From the human T2T-CHM13v2.0 reference genome, Homo sapiens: a stretch of DNA of 64,000 nucleotides. Where the stretch lies: assembly GCF_009914755.1 (NCBI RefSeq), contig NC_060934.1, one strand, 5' to 3'. How positions within the stretch are numbered: position 1 is the first letter of the stretch; each line of letters starts with the position of its first letter. Below are positions 16,040 through 33,650 of the stretch, in pieces. The notes beneath the pieces are model-generated. The model was not told the DNA's origin and made no database searches. It saw nothing but the letters and a program-made list of their open reading frames with translations. A program made the translations under genes and the position numbers.

Positions 16040-16350
16040 AATGGTCACTCCTCTGCTTAAAATCCTGTGTTGCCTGTTGCCTGGACAATGAAGCTTGAAA
16101 TCTGTGAACTTTGGTATTGAAAGCCCTTGATGGTTGAACTCAGTCTAGCCTTCCAGGCTATTTTTTTCTCCTTTCCTTTTTACAACGGAGCCTTTTGCTG
16201 TGCTAGATTCCTGAGATGTGCCTTATGGTTCTCTGACTTTGTTCACATCTTTTTGTGTGGGATATCCTCCTGTTCCTTTTCTACTGGTCAAAATGCTCGG
16301 TTTTTTTTAAGGCTTCAACTCTTTTGTTTTTACTATTATTAGGACACTCT
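16040..16350 (-). mobile_element. L2 fragment
   Basis: GTCACTCCTCTGCTTAAAATCCT... antisense L2 motif. Confidence 0.5.
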
Positions 16351-17070
16351 TCTCATTATTATATTCAACTAGAGCCAAAAACATATTTGGTTATGTATGG
16401 GAAGACACATAACTATGTGCACTTATACAGTGTGAACAGTATGGTTTAAATGTCATGCCACAGTGATGTGCTATATATTATAGATGTATAATAAATTATA
16501 ATTAAGTTATTGAAGTAGAAACTATGAATTGAGAGAGTCTAGGTGTAATGTGCCTTAACATTTTTTTTGACTACTAGTGACTAATCTTCAAAAAAGAAAA
16601 GGCTGGAATGACCAGTTTACATTACTGTGAAGTTCATATATTTGAATTTGAGATAGACCGTTCCTTTCAGTGCACTTTAAAAATAACATTTGGAATTATT
16701 TTTAGCACAACTGGAATCTCGTTAAATTGTATTGCATCAAATAGGATTTTAAAAATCCTGTATTGGGAATTGGAAAAGCTATAAAAGTCAGACTATATAT
16801 GTGCTTTTTTTCCTTTGAATTCCAGCTTTAAAATGTTAACTTTAGTTCTAGGTGAATTCAGCATTTTAATGGTCTTCCTGGGAGTAGTCTTTCAGGCCTT
16901 TTTTGTTTATGAAACAGAGAAACATTTTTCGTTTTAAAGAAAGCCAACTTCTTATGTTCCCAAAGTCTGACTTTTTCCAGGGGTACCGCTTTAGGGGTAT
17001 GTGATTATTCAGCCTCTTTCCTCTAAAAGTAGGCTTGGTATATGAAGTTAGCCAATGAAGAACATTAAGA

Positions 17071-17348
17071 TTTTTTTTTTTTTTTTGAGACCAGGCTGGC
17101 ATTCAGTGGTGCGATCTCAGCTCACTGCAACCTCCGCCTCCTGAGTTCCAGTGATTGTCTTGCCTTAGCCTCCCGAGTAGCTGGGATTACAGGTGCACAC
17201 CACCATGCCTGGCTAATTTTTGTATTTTTGGTAGAGACAGGGTTTCACCCTGTTTGCCAGCTGGTCTTGAACTCCTGACCTCAAGTGATCTGCCTGCCTC
17301 AGCCTCCCAAAGTGCAGGGATTACAGGTGTGAGCCACCGTGCCCAGCT
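17071..17348 (-). mobile_element. AluSx/Sz
   Basis: Dimer with a small deletion next to the tail; ATTAAGATTTT on both flanks. Confidence 0.93.
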
Positions 17349-17381
17349 GAAAATTAAGATTTTTATTCTCTTCTCTTATGA

Positions 17382-17816
<435 letters not shown>

Positions 17817-18467
17817 TTATCTCAGGATGGGAAGCTCCATAATTTGTTAATAGTGAAATGACTAGAATATACTATTAGAAATGGTTTTCCAAAATCAAAC
17901 TTATTTATCAGTTTTGTTGGAATGTCTTGAACAATGAAGCTTCAGAATTGTGATTTTTATTTCTATATTTCTTTCTGACTTCTCACTTGTATTCCTATTT
18001 ATATTTTGCATGTTTGTTTTCCTGATTTCTGATTTGGATTCCAGTGAGGTCGTAAGAGCTAATGTAGTACAAGGGTTGAGTTCAAACCAGCAGGTGCTAT
18101 GAGTCATTTGCTCCTTTGCTGGGGCAGCCAGTGTGCTGCTGTTAAGTGTGGCTGTGTCTCAGTGAGCTCTCAGGAAAGATCCATTTAATCCAATTGTGAC
18201 AGAGGGGAGATGAGAGCATGGTTCTGAGAGAAAAAGTTTACAATCTCATAGGCAAAGACTTCTTGGATACATAAAAGGATTCTAACTGTGTTTAACGTAA
18301 TATAGGCTTTTCCATTGTATTTTAATAGTTATCAACAATATATTAATATTTACTTAGTCATGCATTTATTTATATATTTAATTGTAAACACAATTAACAA
18401 TCTTTTTTTCTCAGATACAATAGTTAATGAGTTTATAATTGAGTTCTTGAGAGAATAGCGTTTTCTT

Positions 18468-18776
<309 letters not shown>

Positions 18777-19090
18777 TAGCATTTTCTTGACCATAACTAA
18801 ATACAGATTTCAATAAGCATAAGCAAATTATGTCAAAAATATGTCCAGTTTACTGGCATTTACTGAAAAGGATAAACATAGAGAGACAGTCTTCTTTTGA
18901 CAGTAGAAGATATTTCCATGCCAGGTAAAGTGAGAGGCATCTTAACAGTGAGAAGAGTGTCCATGTTCCCTGTGGTCAGTGGCCACCAGTGTTGACATTT
19001 CCTGTGTTATGCTGCCAAGTTGATGATGGCTTGTAGGTTATGTGTATCTAAAACTTCTGTCTGATTAGTCTTCTTATCCTTTTCTGTGTA

Positions 19091-19733
19091 TAGTCATGCA
19101 CTGCAAAACGACATTGGAGACTGGGCCTGGTGGCTCACGCCGGTAATCCCAGCACTTTGGGAGGCCGAGGCGGGTGGATCACGACATCAGGAGATCGAGA
19201 CCATCCTGGCTAAGACGGTGAAACCCTGTCTCTACTAAAAATACCAAAAATTAGTCGGGCATGGTGGCGGGCGCCTGTAGTCCCAGCTACTGGGGAGGCT
19301 GAGGCAGGAGAATGGCGTGAACCCGGGAGGCGGAGCTTGTAGTGAGCCGAGATCACTGCCCTCCAGCCTGGGCGACAGAGCAAGACTCCGTCTCAAAAAA
19401 AAAAAAAAAAAAAAACAAAAACGACATTGCAGTCAACCATAACCTGAATATATGGATGGTCCCATAAGATTATAGTATCGTATACTGTACCTTTTCTATG
19501 TTTAGATATGCCAATATTTACCATTGTTTTACAGTTGCCTATACTATTTGTTACAGGAACATGTTGTACAGGTGTGTAGCCTCGGAGCAATAGGACATAC
19601 CATATGTCCTAGATATGTAGTAGGCTGTACCATCTCAGTTTGTGTAAGTACACTGTGATGCCTGCATAATGATGAAATTGCCTAAGGATGCATTTTTCAG
19701 AGTATATCCCCATTGTGAAGGAACACGGGACTG
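19091..19733 (+). mobile_element. Tigger3a (MER7-type) DNA transposon fossil split by AluY
   Basis: AGTCATGC...GGTCCCATAAGATTATA...GTTTGTGTAAGTACACT...GACTG. Confidence 0.85.
19119..19417 (+). mobile_element. AluY
   Basis: GAATGGCGTGAACCCGGGAGGCGGAGCTTG, CpG-rich; TSD AAAACGACATTG (19105-19116, 19418-19429). Confidence 0.96.
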
Positions 19734-20342
19734 CACTCTGTCCATCTTTGTCATCATAGGGTTTTTTCAGACTTGCAATTCTATTTTATTAATACTCTGT
19801 TGTGTTGCCATTTCCCCCTAGAGGTTCTCTGCATTTTTATGTATCATTCAGCTATTTTTTTAGACTTAAGTAAATAATACTCAGAAATGAATATGATTCT
19901 TATAACCATCGTTTTCATGTGTTCTTTGGATGCTTGCATATTTACTGGGGAGAGTGATTGTGTGAGAATCCTATCAGTAGGATTTAATTAGGACAAAGTG
20001 GAAGATAAGTCAAACATGTCTTGCCTGCAAACTTTCACACATATAAGTGTGCCTAATAATGAAGAACCATTAATTTTAAGAGTATGTGGCCCATGGGCAG
20101 GGGCTGAACTATAGATAAATTGCAGGGATTGATTATACCCATTAGGGGAGACAGAAAACACCAGGGAACCCAAGTTAGGAAAAGTCTTTCTCCTGAAGAT
20201 GTAATTAGAGTGGCAGCTTGCTCTTTGGGCAACTCCTGAGGTGATTTCTAGGGGGTGCAATGCTATAAATGCTGCTAGGGATTTTATTCAAGGTAGGAAG
20301 TCAGGGAAAGGGGGTTAACAAGTTTTGGTATCGAATGGACAT

Positions 20343-20428
20343 GTGAGAACATGTGAGAGTGTGTGAGAGAGTGAAGTGAGAGAGTATGAGAGAGAGGGTG
20401 AGGGGGAGAGAGAGAGAGAGGAAGAGAC
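20343..20428. repeat. GA/GT-rich low-complexity tract
   Basis: Read directly. Confidence 0.85.
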
Positions 20429-20496
20429 TTGATCATCATGTTGTATTTATGGCATTGCCCCGTCATTCACTGTCTCGAGAAAAGTGAGGGGTTTTG

Positions 20497-20853
<357 letters not shown>

Positions 20854-21379
20854 TCACTAGAATTCATTCCTTTATTCATTCAGCAGATATTTACTGAATA
20901 CCTACTGTATATGAGGCACTGTTTTAATTATTAGAAGCATTTTTTTTCTGTACTTGTACATTTAAGGTGCTATGCAAGTCATGTTTCTACTTCTAGAAGC
21001 TTGTGCAAGTTATGCAGATTAGTGTATTATGAACTTAGAGGCAAATGAAAAAAACTTCAACAAATACAGATTAATTTTGCATTATCACCTAGAGGGGTGG
21101 ATGCTTTCATTGGAAGAGTGGCTATGAGGAAGTCATGAAAGATTTATATGTGTATGATGGAATTTGAGACCAACTAATTAGACTTGAAAATAACCTTAGT
21201 TCTGCATAGTATATTTCTATATGAAATTCTCTTGGTGCCTGGCAGCAGCTGATTCTAAGAAGCTGAGGAGGATACTGTTCTATAGTATAACTAAACTCTG
21301 CCCCTCTTTCCAGAAATCCAGCCATTTGTGTTTTGTAGGTTATGCTGTAGCTCATCATTTTCATGTCTCTCCCTTAATA

Positions 21380-21465
21380 GTTTATATATATATATGTATG
21401 TGTATTTATATGTATGTAAAACATATATATGTTATTTATATACATAAATATATAAAATATACATG
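21380..21465. repeat. (TA)n/(TATG)n low-complexity tract
   Basis: Read directly. Confidence 0.85.
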
Positions 21466-21720
21466 CATCTTCCTTTTATCCCACTCTTAATATAGGAGGT
21501 ATTTTCTATATAGTTTACAAATTCTTTCTCTATATTATGGAATAACTATGTATAACTATATAGTTGATCTTTTGGCTTCATTTTTCAGGTATCCAAAGAT
21601 GCTTTTTTTTTTTTTTTTAAAGATTTTTGGGTGCGTAATATTTTGGAGAACTTTAGCAGTAATGTGCTATTCCTACTTAGTGACAGACTGAATGCAGGCT
21701 TGATCCACAGATTGACTTCA

Positions 21721-22005
<285 letters not shown>

Positions 22006-22605
22006 TCAGGAGTTTAGGGAGGAGAAAATGCCAACTGGTCACAGCTTTGGGACAGAATATAAAACAGCACAGCTGGTAGTTATTCAAAAGGGTAGGTCTG
22101 CTCTCCTTTCTTAAAAACATCTGGTTCTACCAGCTCTCTTTGAGCTACCCTGCAGAGTTCTTACTGCCAGACCTGTTTCTGAGTTGGAGATCATTAAACG
22201 AATGGTTAGATAGACCTCTGGGGTCAGCAGATAATCCCTGGGTCACCAGTTGAGATTTAATTTTTTTGTTTTTTAAACCTTTGAATGTTTAGTATAAGAT
22301 AGAGGTTTTTGTTTTTGCTTTTTTGGTTTTGTTTTTTCCCCTTAACATGATCTGCCCCTCAGCTTTTCTTCTGAATTTGTATAATAAGGCCCACAGATAA
22401 GTGTTTCATATTAATATTATAAAATTGTTTTTGGGTTAGTCTGCATGCATTAAAAAAACCTATTTATAAACTCTCAAGGCTTATGGACAATTTAGATCAA
22501 AATAATTTAATTCAGTTTTCTTAAAGCAAGCTGGTTTATTTCTAAAGGTTCAGATTTTACATTTACCTAAAGTTAGTTTTTCTTCCAGTGGAATACTGTT
22601 CAGAA

Positions 22606-23120
<515 letters not shown>

Positions 23121-23199
23121 GCATGGCCAGACTTTCTCACCAGAGCCTCATTGTCTTCCTGTGAAAGTATAGTCACATGTCACATTTGGCTAGCTATTC

Positions 23200-23350
23200 A
23201 AATTTTTTTTTATTGTGGTAAAGTATACATAACATAAAATATACCATTTTAATAATTTTGACGTGTATAGTTCATTGACATTAAGTACCTTCATGTAGTT
23301 GTGAACCATTACCACTATCCACCTCCAGAACATCTTCATTATTCTGTACT
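23200..23350 (-). mobile_element. L1MB 3' terminal fragment
   Basis: TTTATTGTGGTAAAGTATACATAACATAAAAT...CCACCTCCAGAAC. Confidence 0.85.
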
Positions 23351-24920
23351 GAGTGGCTATTTTTAATGTTTCTAGGTGGAAGGGCATCCCAGCTTTTCCT
23401 GCCTGTGTTTTGTTTCCTTGCATCCAGTTTTTCTTTGCTGTTTGGTGGTAGTGGACCTACTTCTCCTCTTCTCATTTATTCACTCAACAAATATTTGTTG
23501 AGCATCTTTTGTGTGCACAGTATAGCGTGAAACCTAGTGGAAAACTATAGTTATAGTATTCGAATATAAGACTGTCTCATACCAGCCACACTGGCGTTGC
23601 AGTAATTTTTCAAAAACCAAAAAGAAAAGGCCTCCATAAAATACTTGAATTATAGTCAGGCTTAAAATGAAAAAATATTTGAGCAGAAGCTCCAAGTCAC
23701 ATCACATATCTGGAGAATTAGAAGTTTTTTTGTGGTTGTAAAAAACAAAGATTTTTCGTACAGGCGTTTTAACTTTAAGTAGAGGCATAAATGTTATCTG
23801 TGTCTATGTAAATACTACCTCACTTTTCAGTTGGATAAATCTGACTTAAATGCTCTGATTAAGTTGAATGTTTGAATTGTATCTATTAGAACAGTATCCT
23901 AAGCAGCAAGCCCAAGTCTGTTATTTTCAGGCCTTCTTCTGGTTCTAGGGTATGTAATAAGACTTCAGTGTTTGAAATGTCTGAAGTTGTCTCCAAACAG
24001 AGATTACACTAGCCCTTATGTGTTTGGGGATTCTGTGCTAATTGCATAATTGTAATGTTTAGCAGCCATCTGAAATGTAAACTTAATGCCAAATTTCTTA
24101 TAATTGCTTCCATGGAAGGTAACCCAGGGTTCAGAAAAAAAATAACTTATTTGGACTTCTAATCCCTGCCGACTCTGAGATATCAAGACATGTAGTTATT
24201 ATGTACTGAATTGGGGAGGTGACTAATTTATGATCTCTATCTAGAAGTTTGGTAAACACTTAGTGGTAGGTTGCTAGGCATGAATTTAGTCTCTTTGAAA
24301 TTTGGAAATATAAATGTAATTCTGAACCTAACAATGAAACTGTCTGGGCCTTTTCAGCCTAACTCTGGAAATGTGACCAAAACCAGCTAAAAATATAAAC
24401 TAAAAATATAACGAAAAAGTTAGGGACTATGTGCAGGGCAGAGGTGCTGATTTTTAACTCTGGTTGCTTCCACTTGCTGCTTTTAGTCCATGTTTAGTGC
24501 CTGTGTTTTGCTTCCTCATTCCCCATTGCACTCCTTCTCTGTTGCCATGGGTTTCCCAAGCTGGCATTATGGTCTTCCAGAATCCACTGTTGTGTTGTTT
24601 GCAGATATTTCAGGGATCACACAATGTCTATACGAATGTTATAGATACTTAATGCATTCTTGGAGGATTAAGAATATATTCTGAACCAGAAAAGTAAGGA
24701 GTAGTGCATTTTTAAAAACTCTGAGTTTTTGTTGGTTTTCTTTTCTTTTCGTTGTTTTAAAAAATATGTTAAAGAATGTATAGTGCTTGTTATGATGAGG
24801 TAATAAGGACTGTTCTTGTTACAGATAATTTTGTTGCTTTTGCACTTCGCTGCAGTGCCTGTTATGCCTGCTATTGGTAATACAAAAATTATTTTGGAAA
24901 CACATAAAAACATAGAAATA

Positions 24921-25220
24921 GGTCAGGCACGGTGGCTTATGCCTGTAATCCCAACACTTTGGGAAGCTGAGGCAGGAGGATCGCTTGAGCCCTTGAGCCC
25001 AGTCAGGGTAACACAGGGAGACCTCGTCTCTACCAAAAAAAGAAAGGAAAAAAATAAAAAAGCTAGATGTGGTGACGTACGCCTGTGGTCCCAGCTATTC
25101 TGGAGGCAGAGTGGGAGGATCACTTGAGCCTGGGAGGTCGCAGCTGCAGTGAGCCATGATCATGCCACTGGCTTGACAGAACGAGATCCTGTCTCAGAAA
25201 AAAACAAAACCAAACCAAAC
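24921..25220 (+). mobile_element. AluJ
   Basis: J-type GGAGGATCGCTTGAGCCC; (CAAAC)n tail. Confidence 0.9.
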
Positions 25221-25224
25221 CATG

Positions 25225-25800
<576 letters not shown>

Positions 25801-25905
25801 CATTTTGTTATCTTTTCCCCATCAGATCGATTAACAAGGAGTGATAAGTAATAACTTTTTTCCTGTCTAGTGAACTATCCAAAGTGAATGTCAAGGAGAT
25901 ATAAT

Positions 25906-26041
25906 GGCTGGGCGAGGTGGCTCATGCCTGTAATCCTGGTGGTTTGAGAAGCCTAGAGGGGAGAATCATTTGAACCCAGGAGTTTGAGACCAGCCTAGGC
26001 AACATAGCAAGACCCTGTCTCTACAAATAATAAATTTTAAA
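25906..26041 (+). mobile_element. FLAM-type Alu monomer
   Basis: TSD AAGGAGATATAA (25893-25904, 26042-26053). Confidence 0.88.
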
Positions 26042-26350
26042 AAGGAGATATAAGGAGTCTGGTTAATTCATTCTCTGAAGAAATACTTCATTGTTTAAAA
26101 AAAAAAAGATAAACTCTAAGGGAAGGACATCCTGATCCATGTTTGTTACAGTCTCAAGAAAATAATTATAATTTGAAACCTGTTCTTTCCTTGACAGTGG
26201 TATTACTTTAAGGAAACAGGTAAACTTTCCATCTGAGGATTAAGATGTTAGAGTCATTTAGCTTCTCTAGAATTTGCCACACAGCATCCTAAATTGGGAT
26301 GAAAAGCACTCACTATTCCACACTATCAAATAGCTGTAAAACTTGAGAAT

Positions 26351-26671
26351 GTTGGATTATGATGGCTCACGCCTATAATCCGAACACTTTGGGAGGCCAA
26401 GGTGGGAGGATTGTTTGAGCCCAGGAGTTCAAGACCAGTCTGGGCAACAGCAACATGGTGAAATCTCATCTCTCCCAATAATTGAAAAAAAAAATGTTGT
26501 TTTTTTTTTGCCAGTCATGGTGGCACATGTATGTGGTCTCAGCTACTTGGGAGACTGAGGTGGGAGGATTGCTTGAGCCCTGGAGGACAAGGCTACAGTG
26601 AGCCGTAATCATGCCACGGCACTTCATCCTGGACGACTGAGTGAAAAACCTTGCCTCTAAAATCAAAAACC
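26351..26671 (+). mobile_element. AluJ
   Basis: Full dimer; TSD AACTTGAGAATG. Confidence 0.9.
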
Positions 26672-26978
26672 AACTTGAGAATGGTGACATGGGCAGAGAT
26701 TTTAAATGAGTGATTTATTTTTCTCCAACCTGACTGATAGGAGCTTTTCTTCTAAGGTATAAGGTATTTACTAGAGTGTGAAGCTATTTATATGCAATTA
26801 TATAATGCAAAGAATATAATTTTATTAGCTTATAATTACAAAATAAATACAACACATTAGGTTGATCAAATTAAATGTTCTGCCTTTTTTGGCCTATTAT
26901 AGGGACTTGTGTTTGTAAGGACTGCTTTCTATGTCTTGGTGATAGATAAGGATTAAAAGTTAGGTTCTTAAAGGGGGT

Positions 26979-27110
26979 TAGGATGGCCATATAAGTCACC
27001 TCTAAATTGCAGTGCCTTTTGAGTGAAAGAGAGTGCTGACAATAAATATGTTACAGGAGCAGGTGTTAAGCTGGACTATCCCAGGCAAATTGGGACATAT
27101 GGTCACCCTA
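26979..27110 (-). mobile_element. MER94 (hAT-Blackjack MITE)
   Basis: TIRs TAGGATGGCCATAT / ATATGGTCACCCTA; minus strand reads TAGGGTGACCATATGTCCCAATTTGCCTGGGATAGTCC. Confidence 0.82.
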
Positions 27111-27148
27111 GTTAAAGGGTGCTGTTGTAGCTTTGCTACCTTCTTTTT

Positions 27149-27455
<307 letters not shown>

Positions 27456-28009
27456 TTTGCTACCTTCTTTTTGGAGAATCCTGGTAGGCTGTAGGAAGTG
27501 AAGTCACAGAATTCATCAGTGTAAAGTTCCTGATCTGTGAGTGAGGTCTCCTTCATCTCAGAGCTTAGAACACTTTTTATTCAGGGAACACTGAACTGGA
27601 GAGATTAAGAGGGAAAAGGTAAATAATTTTAATTTAACAGACGAACAGTTTCTCCCATATCTGCAAGAAGGTTTTACGTGCATGAATACCAATGTGACAG
27701 AAGGATGTTTCCTTTTAATTGTGTAATATTATTATTTTTAAATTCTAGATTAAGATAATAAAATAGGTACAAAACTGAGCTCTGAGAAAACTTTGTTGCA
27801 AGGCATTGATTACAAATTTGATTTTTAAGAGCGTTGTTCAGTACGCTTATTTAGGCTTCTTGTTAACCATCTTTGAGGGAGATATCCTAGCATTTATGTG
27901 GATGGGTGTCTAACTGCATGATCCAGTAGGCTTTTACATTTTCAAGAAGTAGGTATGTGACGACACAGATATGCATCATTTGGAGGAGATACTGATTTTT
28001 TTCAGACTT

Positions 28010-28350
28010 TGAAGTCTATATTTAATAAAATTGACCTTTTTTTGATGTACGTGTCTATGAATTTACATAGATTTGTGTAACCACCTTCACAATCAGAATG
28101 CAGAACAGTTTCATTGCCCCTAAATTTCTCTTGTGCTGCCCATTTGAATTCAGTTCTTCCTCTCATCCCTAACCCCCCTGACAACCTTTCATTTGTTCTG
28201 TTTCTATACTTTTGCCTTTTGCAGATTGTCATATAAATGAAATCAAATAGTTTATAACATTTATGTTGCTTATTTAGCTTAGATTAGCTTATTTCACTCA
28301 GCACAATGCCTTTGAGGTTCATCCATGTTATTGCATGTTTCAATAGTTTG
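28010..28350 (-). mobile_element. L1MC/MD-type 3' fragment
   Basis: GTGTAACCACC.TCACAATCAGAATGCAGAACAGTT...TTCATCCATGTT.TTGCATG. Confidence 0.78.
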
Positions 28351-28351
28351 A

Positions 28352-29767
<1,416 letters not shown>

Positions 29768-30940
29768 TCCAAATGTTTTTTTGAATGGGCAAAATAATCC
29801 ACAGTAAATATAGAATGTGCTTTATGTCTAAATGCTAAGAACATATAGGCATTAATGACGTTGAAAACATTCTTTTCTTAGTACTGTATTGATAAATGTG
29901 TGGCTAGCTTTTTGGTGGCAGTAATAAACATGAATAGCAACAAAGCAACAACAAAACTGAGGGCACATTTGGAAGACAAAGAGATATGAAGGACAATATG
30001 GGATCTGGTGTTAGTTTTGTTTTGGGTTTTGCCTGCTGCATGGGTCACAGGAAACATTTAGTTACAGAACTGGAGACCTATTAAAATCCTCTCATTTGTA
30101 GGCCTGTGGTGTGTGTTTCTTATAGCAGAGCAATGGCTGCTGTGTGACTGTAAGTTTGGAATTTATGGTAATAGAAGCTTTAAATATCCCAAACATTACA
30201 GTAAAGGTGGAAGGAGCCCTTCTTAAAGAAGCAAGGTCAAATATTCATTTTGAAGTTGAAATGAATCAACAGGCAGTCTCTGAAGAATGCCATTTCCAAG
30301 TTCAGAGAAGATGCAGTTATGCCATCATAACATCATAACAGTCTGCTGGTTTCTGCATGACATGTGGATATAAAACACCATCTTTTCTATTGAGAGGCCC
30401 TAATTTAAAGCAAGAAAGTTCAGTGGTTGTGGTGACTTTTTAAAAAGTTGCTTCAAACATTATAGGGTGAAGAATTTTTCTTTCTTGGAGGATACCAGTT
30501 AACCTTAGACCTCTTAGATTTGTATTGTTTACATATATCGCTAATGAAATAATTTTTTTCTCACAGTTTAAAGTGATCTGTGAGCATGATTATCTTCCCT
30601 AAAATAAGTAACACCCAAAATAAGAATATATGATGTAAAAATTTTAAATGAGTTAATACCAGCAGCAAAAATATTACTTGACATTCCATCATATTAATAC
30701 ATTAAGTTCTAGTTACCAAGAACCCTTTATATTTACTCGTTGTTACATTGTACAATATAGTTTATAAACTGCTTGTTCATTTATCAAATTTCATTCAACA
30801 TTCCCAGAAATGTCTTGTGCAGTAGGTGGTATTCATTTTTAGTGTATTAGGAATCTGAGGCTGAGAGAGATTATGATATTAATAGTTACAGTTTATTGAG
30901 AACCTATTAAGTACCTGGCACCTTAACTTGCATCATTTCA

Positions 30941-31315
<375 letters not shown>

Positions 31316-31840
31316 TCAGCCATATTTCCCAGATGAGGAAACTGAGGTTTAGAGTGATTAAGTAACTTACCCTAGATTATATTGCAAGTAGCAATTGTTA
31401 TATGGTAAGTAGCAGAGTAGGCAGAGCCACCACTAGCTATGAGAGACTTCTGTTTGAATTAGGAAAGTTACCCCCTGTGGTGAACCAATGAGGAAGCCAA
31501 ACTTCCTCTGGCCTGGCACACCACCCGAAGCAGTAACTTGGGGACCTGTGCTTAGATGCCACTTATTTCAGCATCTGTGAGCTGAACATGGGCAGAATTT
31601 CAGCCTTATTTTGCTTCCTTGATGCCTTTGTACTGTGCACAAACTGAGCCACCCTTACCCAAAGGTCTTAAAGCCCAGATTTCAATCCAGGTCTATTTGA
31701 GTCCGGAGCTTATATTCTGTTTAATAGCATGCTGCCAATTAATGGCAAAGTTAAGACTTCAGCCAGATTTTCTGATCATCAGTATTTTCCTCCTTCTATT
31801 ATGTATCATGCAGGTTGGTTGAATTACAGATGACACTGGA

Positions 31841-32223
31841 GGCGGGGCATGCTGACTCACACCTGTAATCTCAGCACTTTGGGAGGCTAAGGCAGGGGGA
31901 TTACTTGAGCCCAGGAGTTTGAGATGAACCTGGGCAACATAGACCCTGTCTTTACAAAGAATTAAAAAATTAGCCAGGCATGTTGGCACACACCTGTGGT
32001 CCCAGCACTTTGGGAGGCAGAGACAGGGTTTCACCATGTTGATCAGGATGGTCTTGAAGTCCTGACCTCAGGTCATCCACCTGTCTTAGCCTCCCAAACT
32101 GCTGGGATTACAGGCATGAGCAGCCCAGGAGGTTGAGGTGGCAGTGAGCCATGAGTGCATCACTGCACTCCAGCCTGGGCTTAGCTAGACACTGCCTCAA
32201 AAACAACAACAACAAAAAGCCCA
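31841..32223 (+). mobile_element. AluJ containing an inverted AluS left-arm patch (32019-32121)
   Basis: Sense left arm and linker, antisense patch, then sense right arm resumes; degenerate TSD ACA(G/A)A(T/C)GACACT. Confidence 0.9.
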
Positions 32224-32518
32224 ACAAACGACACTCAAGTCCCATACTGCCCAGTTTGCAGACATTTTTTGCAGATGATGTTAAAGATTTCTTAGCACTT
32301 CTACAGAGTTATAACCTCACATATTTCATAACAAACTGTGTTTTTATGTGGCTCAAGATTTGTATTGAATTCCTGGTATCACTACCTAGTTAGCTGTGTG
32401 ACCTTGATCAAGTTAGGAAGGGAATATAATAAGTATAGTGGTTAAAAGCATGGACTGTAGTCTCAGACTACCTGGGGTCAAATTCTAGCTATTTCTTACT
32501 AGATATGTGAACTTGAGA

Positions 32519-32820
32519 TTTTTTTTTTTTTTTTTTTTTGAGGCAGAGATTTGCTCTTGTTGCCTGGGCTAGAGTGCAATGGTATGATCTCAGTCACTGC
32601 AACCTCTGCCTCCCGGGTTCAAGCAATTCTCCTGCCTCAGCCACCCAAGGAGCTGGGATTACAGGCATGCACCACCATGCCCAGCTAGTTTTGTATTTTT
32701 AGTAGAGACGGGGTTTCAGCATGTGGATCAGGATGGTCTTGAAGTCCTGACCTCAGGTGACCCACCCGCCTTGGCCTCCCAAAGTGCTGGGATTACAGGC
32801 ATGAGCCACCCCACCTGGCC
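32519..32820 (-). mobile_element. AluSp/Sq within a MIR
   Basis: TTTGCTCTTGTTGCC...GTGCAATGG; MIR sequence on both sides. Confidence 0.93.
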
Positions 32821-33212
32821 AGCTTGGGCAATTTACTTTATGTCTTTAAGCCTGGTGTGTAATGTTGATGGTAGAGTGGGGAACAATTATACCTATCCAA
32901 TGAGTTGTGAGTACTATATGAGTTAAATACATGAAGCATTTAGAATAGTGCCTTGCGCATAAATATAGTAAATACATTAAGTACTATTTAAGTGCTAACT
33001 GTTGTTATTGTTATTAATATTAGATCACTATGAGTTTGCACTTGTAGCCTGTAATTCAAAGCAATTTGAACGGCGGAAGCATAAATAGATAAATGATCAT
33101 CTAAATATGGCATCTCTTCAACCCTTGTTGTTGTTGTTGTTTTTGCCAGATAAGAGTTTTCAAAGGTTGTGCCAGAGTACTTGCTTTAGGGATATTAGCC
33201 CAATTGAAACCA

Positions 33213-33650
33213 TTTTTTTTTTTTTTTCATTGAGACAGAGTCTCTCTCTCTGTTACCCAGGCTTAGAGTGCAGTGATATGATCATAGCTCACTGCAGCCT
33301 CAATCTCCCAGGGTCAAGCAGTCCTCCCACCTCCGCCTCCTGAGTAGCTGGGACTACCGGTGTGCACCACCATACCCAGCTAATTGTTTTCTTTTACATG
33401 TTTTGTAGAGACGAGGTCTCGCTTTGTTGCCCAAGTGGGTCTCGAACTCCTGGTCTCAAGTGGATCCACCCACCTCAGCTTCCAAAGTGCTGGGATTACA
33501 GGTGTGAACCACCACACCTGGCTAATTTTTTGTGTTTTTATTAGATACAGGGTTTTGCTGTGTTGCCCAGGCTGGTCTTGAACTCGTGAGCTCAAGCAAT
33601 CTTCCTGCCTCAGCCTCCAAAAGTACTGTATTACAGGTGTGAGCCCGGCC
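33213..33650 (-). mobile_element. AluJ with an extra left arm (three monomers)
   Basis: Right arm, left arm to 33523, second linker and left arm to 33650. Confidence 0.88.

Noticed and set aside
18978-18996. CTCF-like TGGCCACCAGTGTTGAC
   Set aside because: The 3' half lacks the G-rich GGGGCG core; likely chance.
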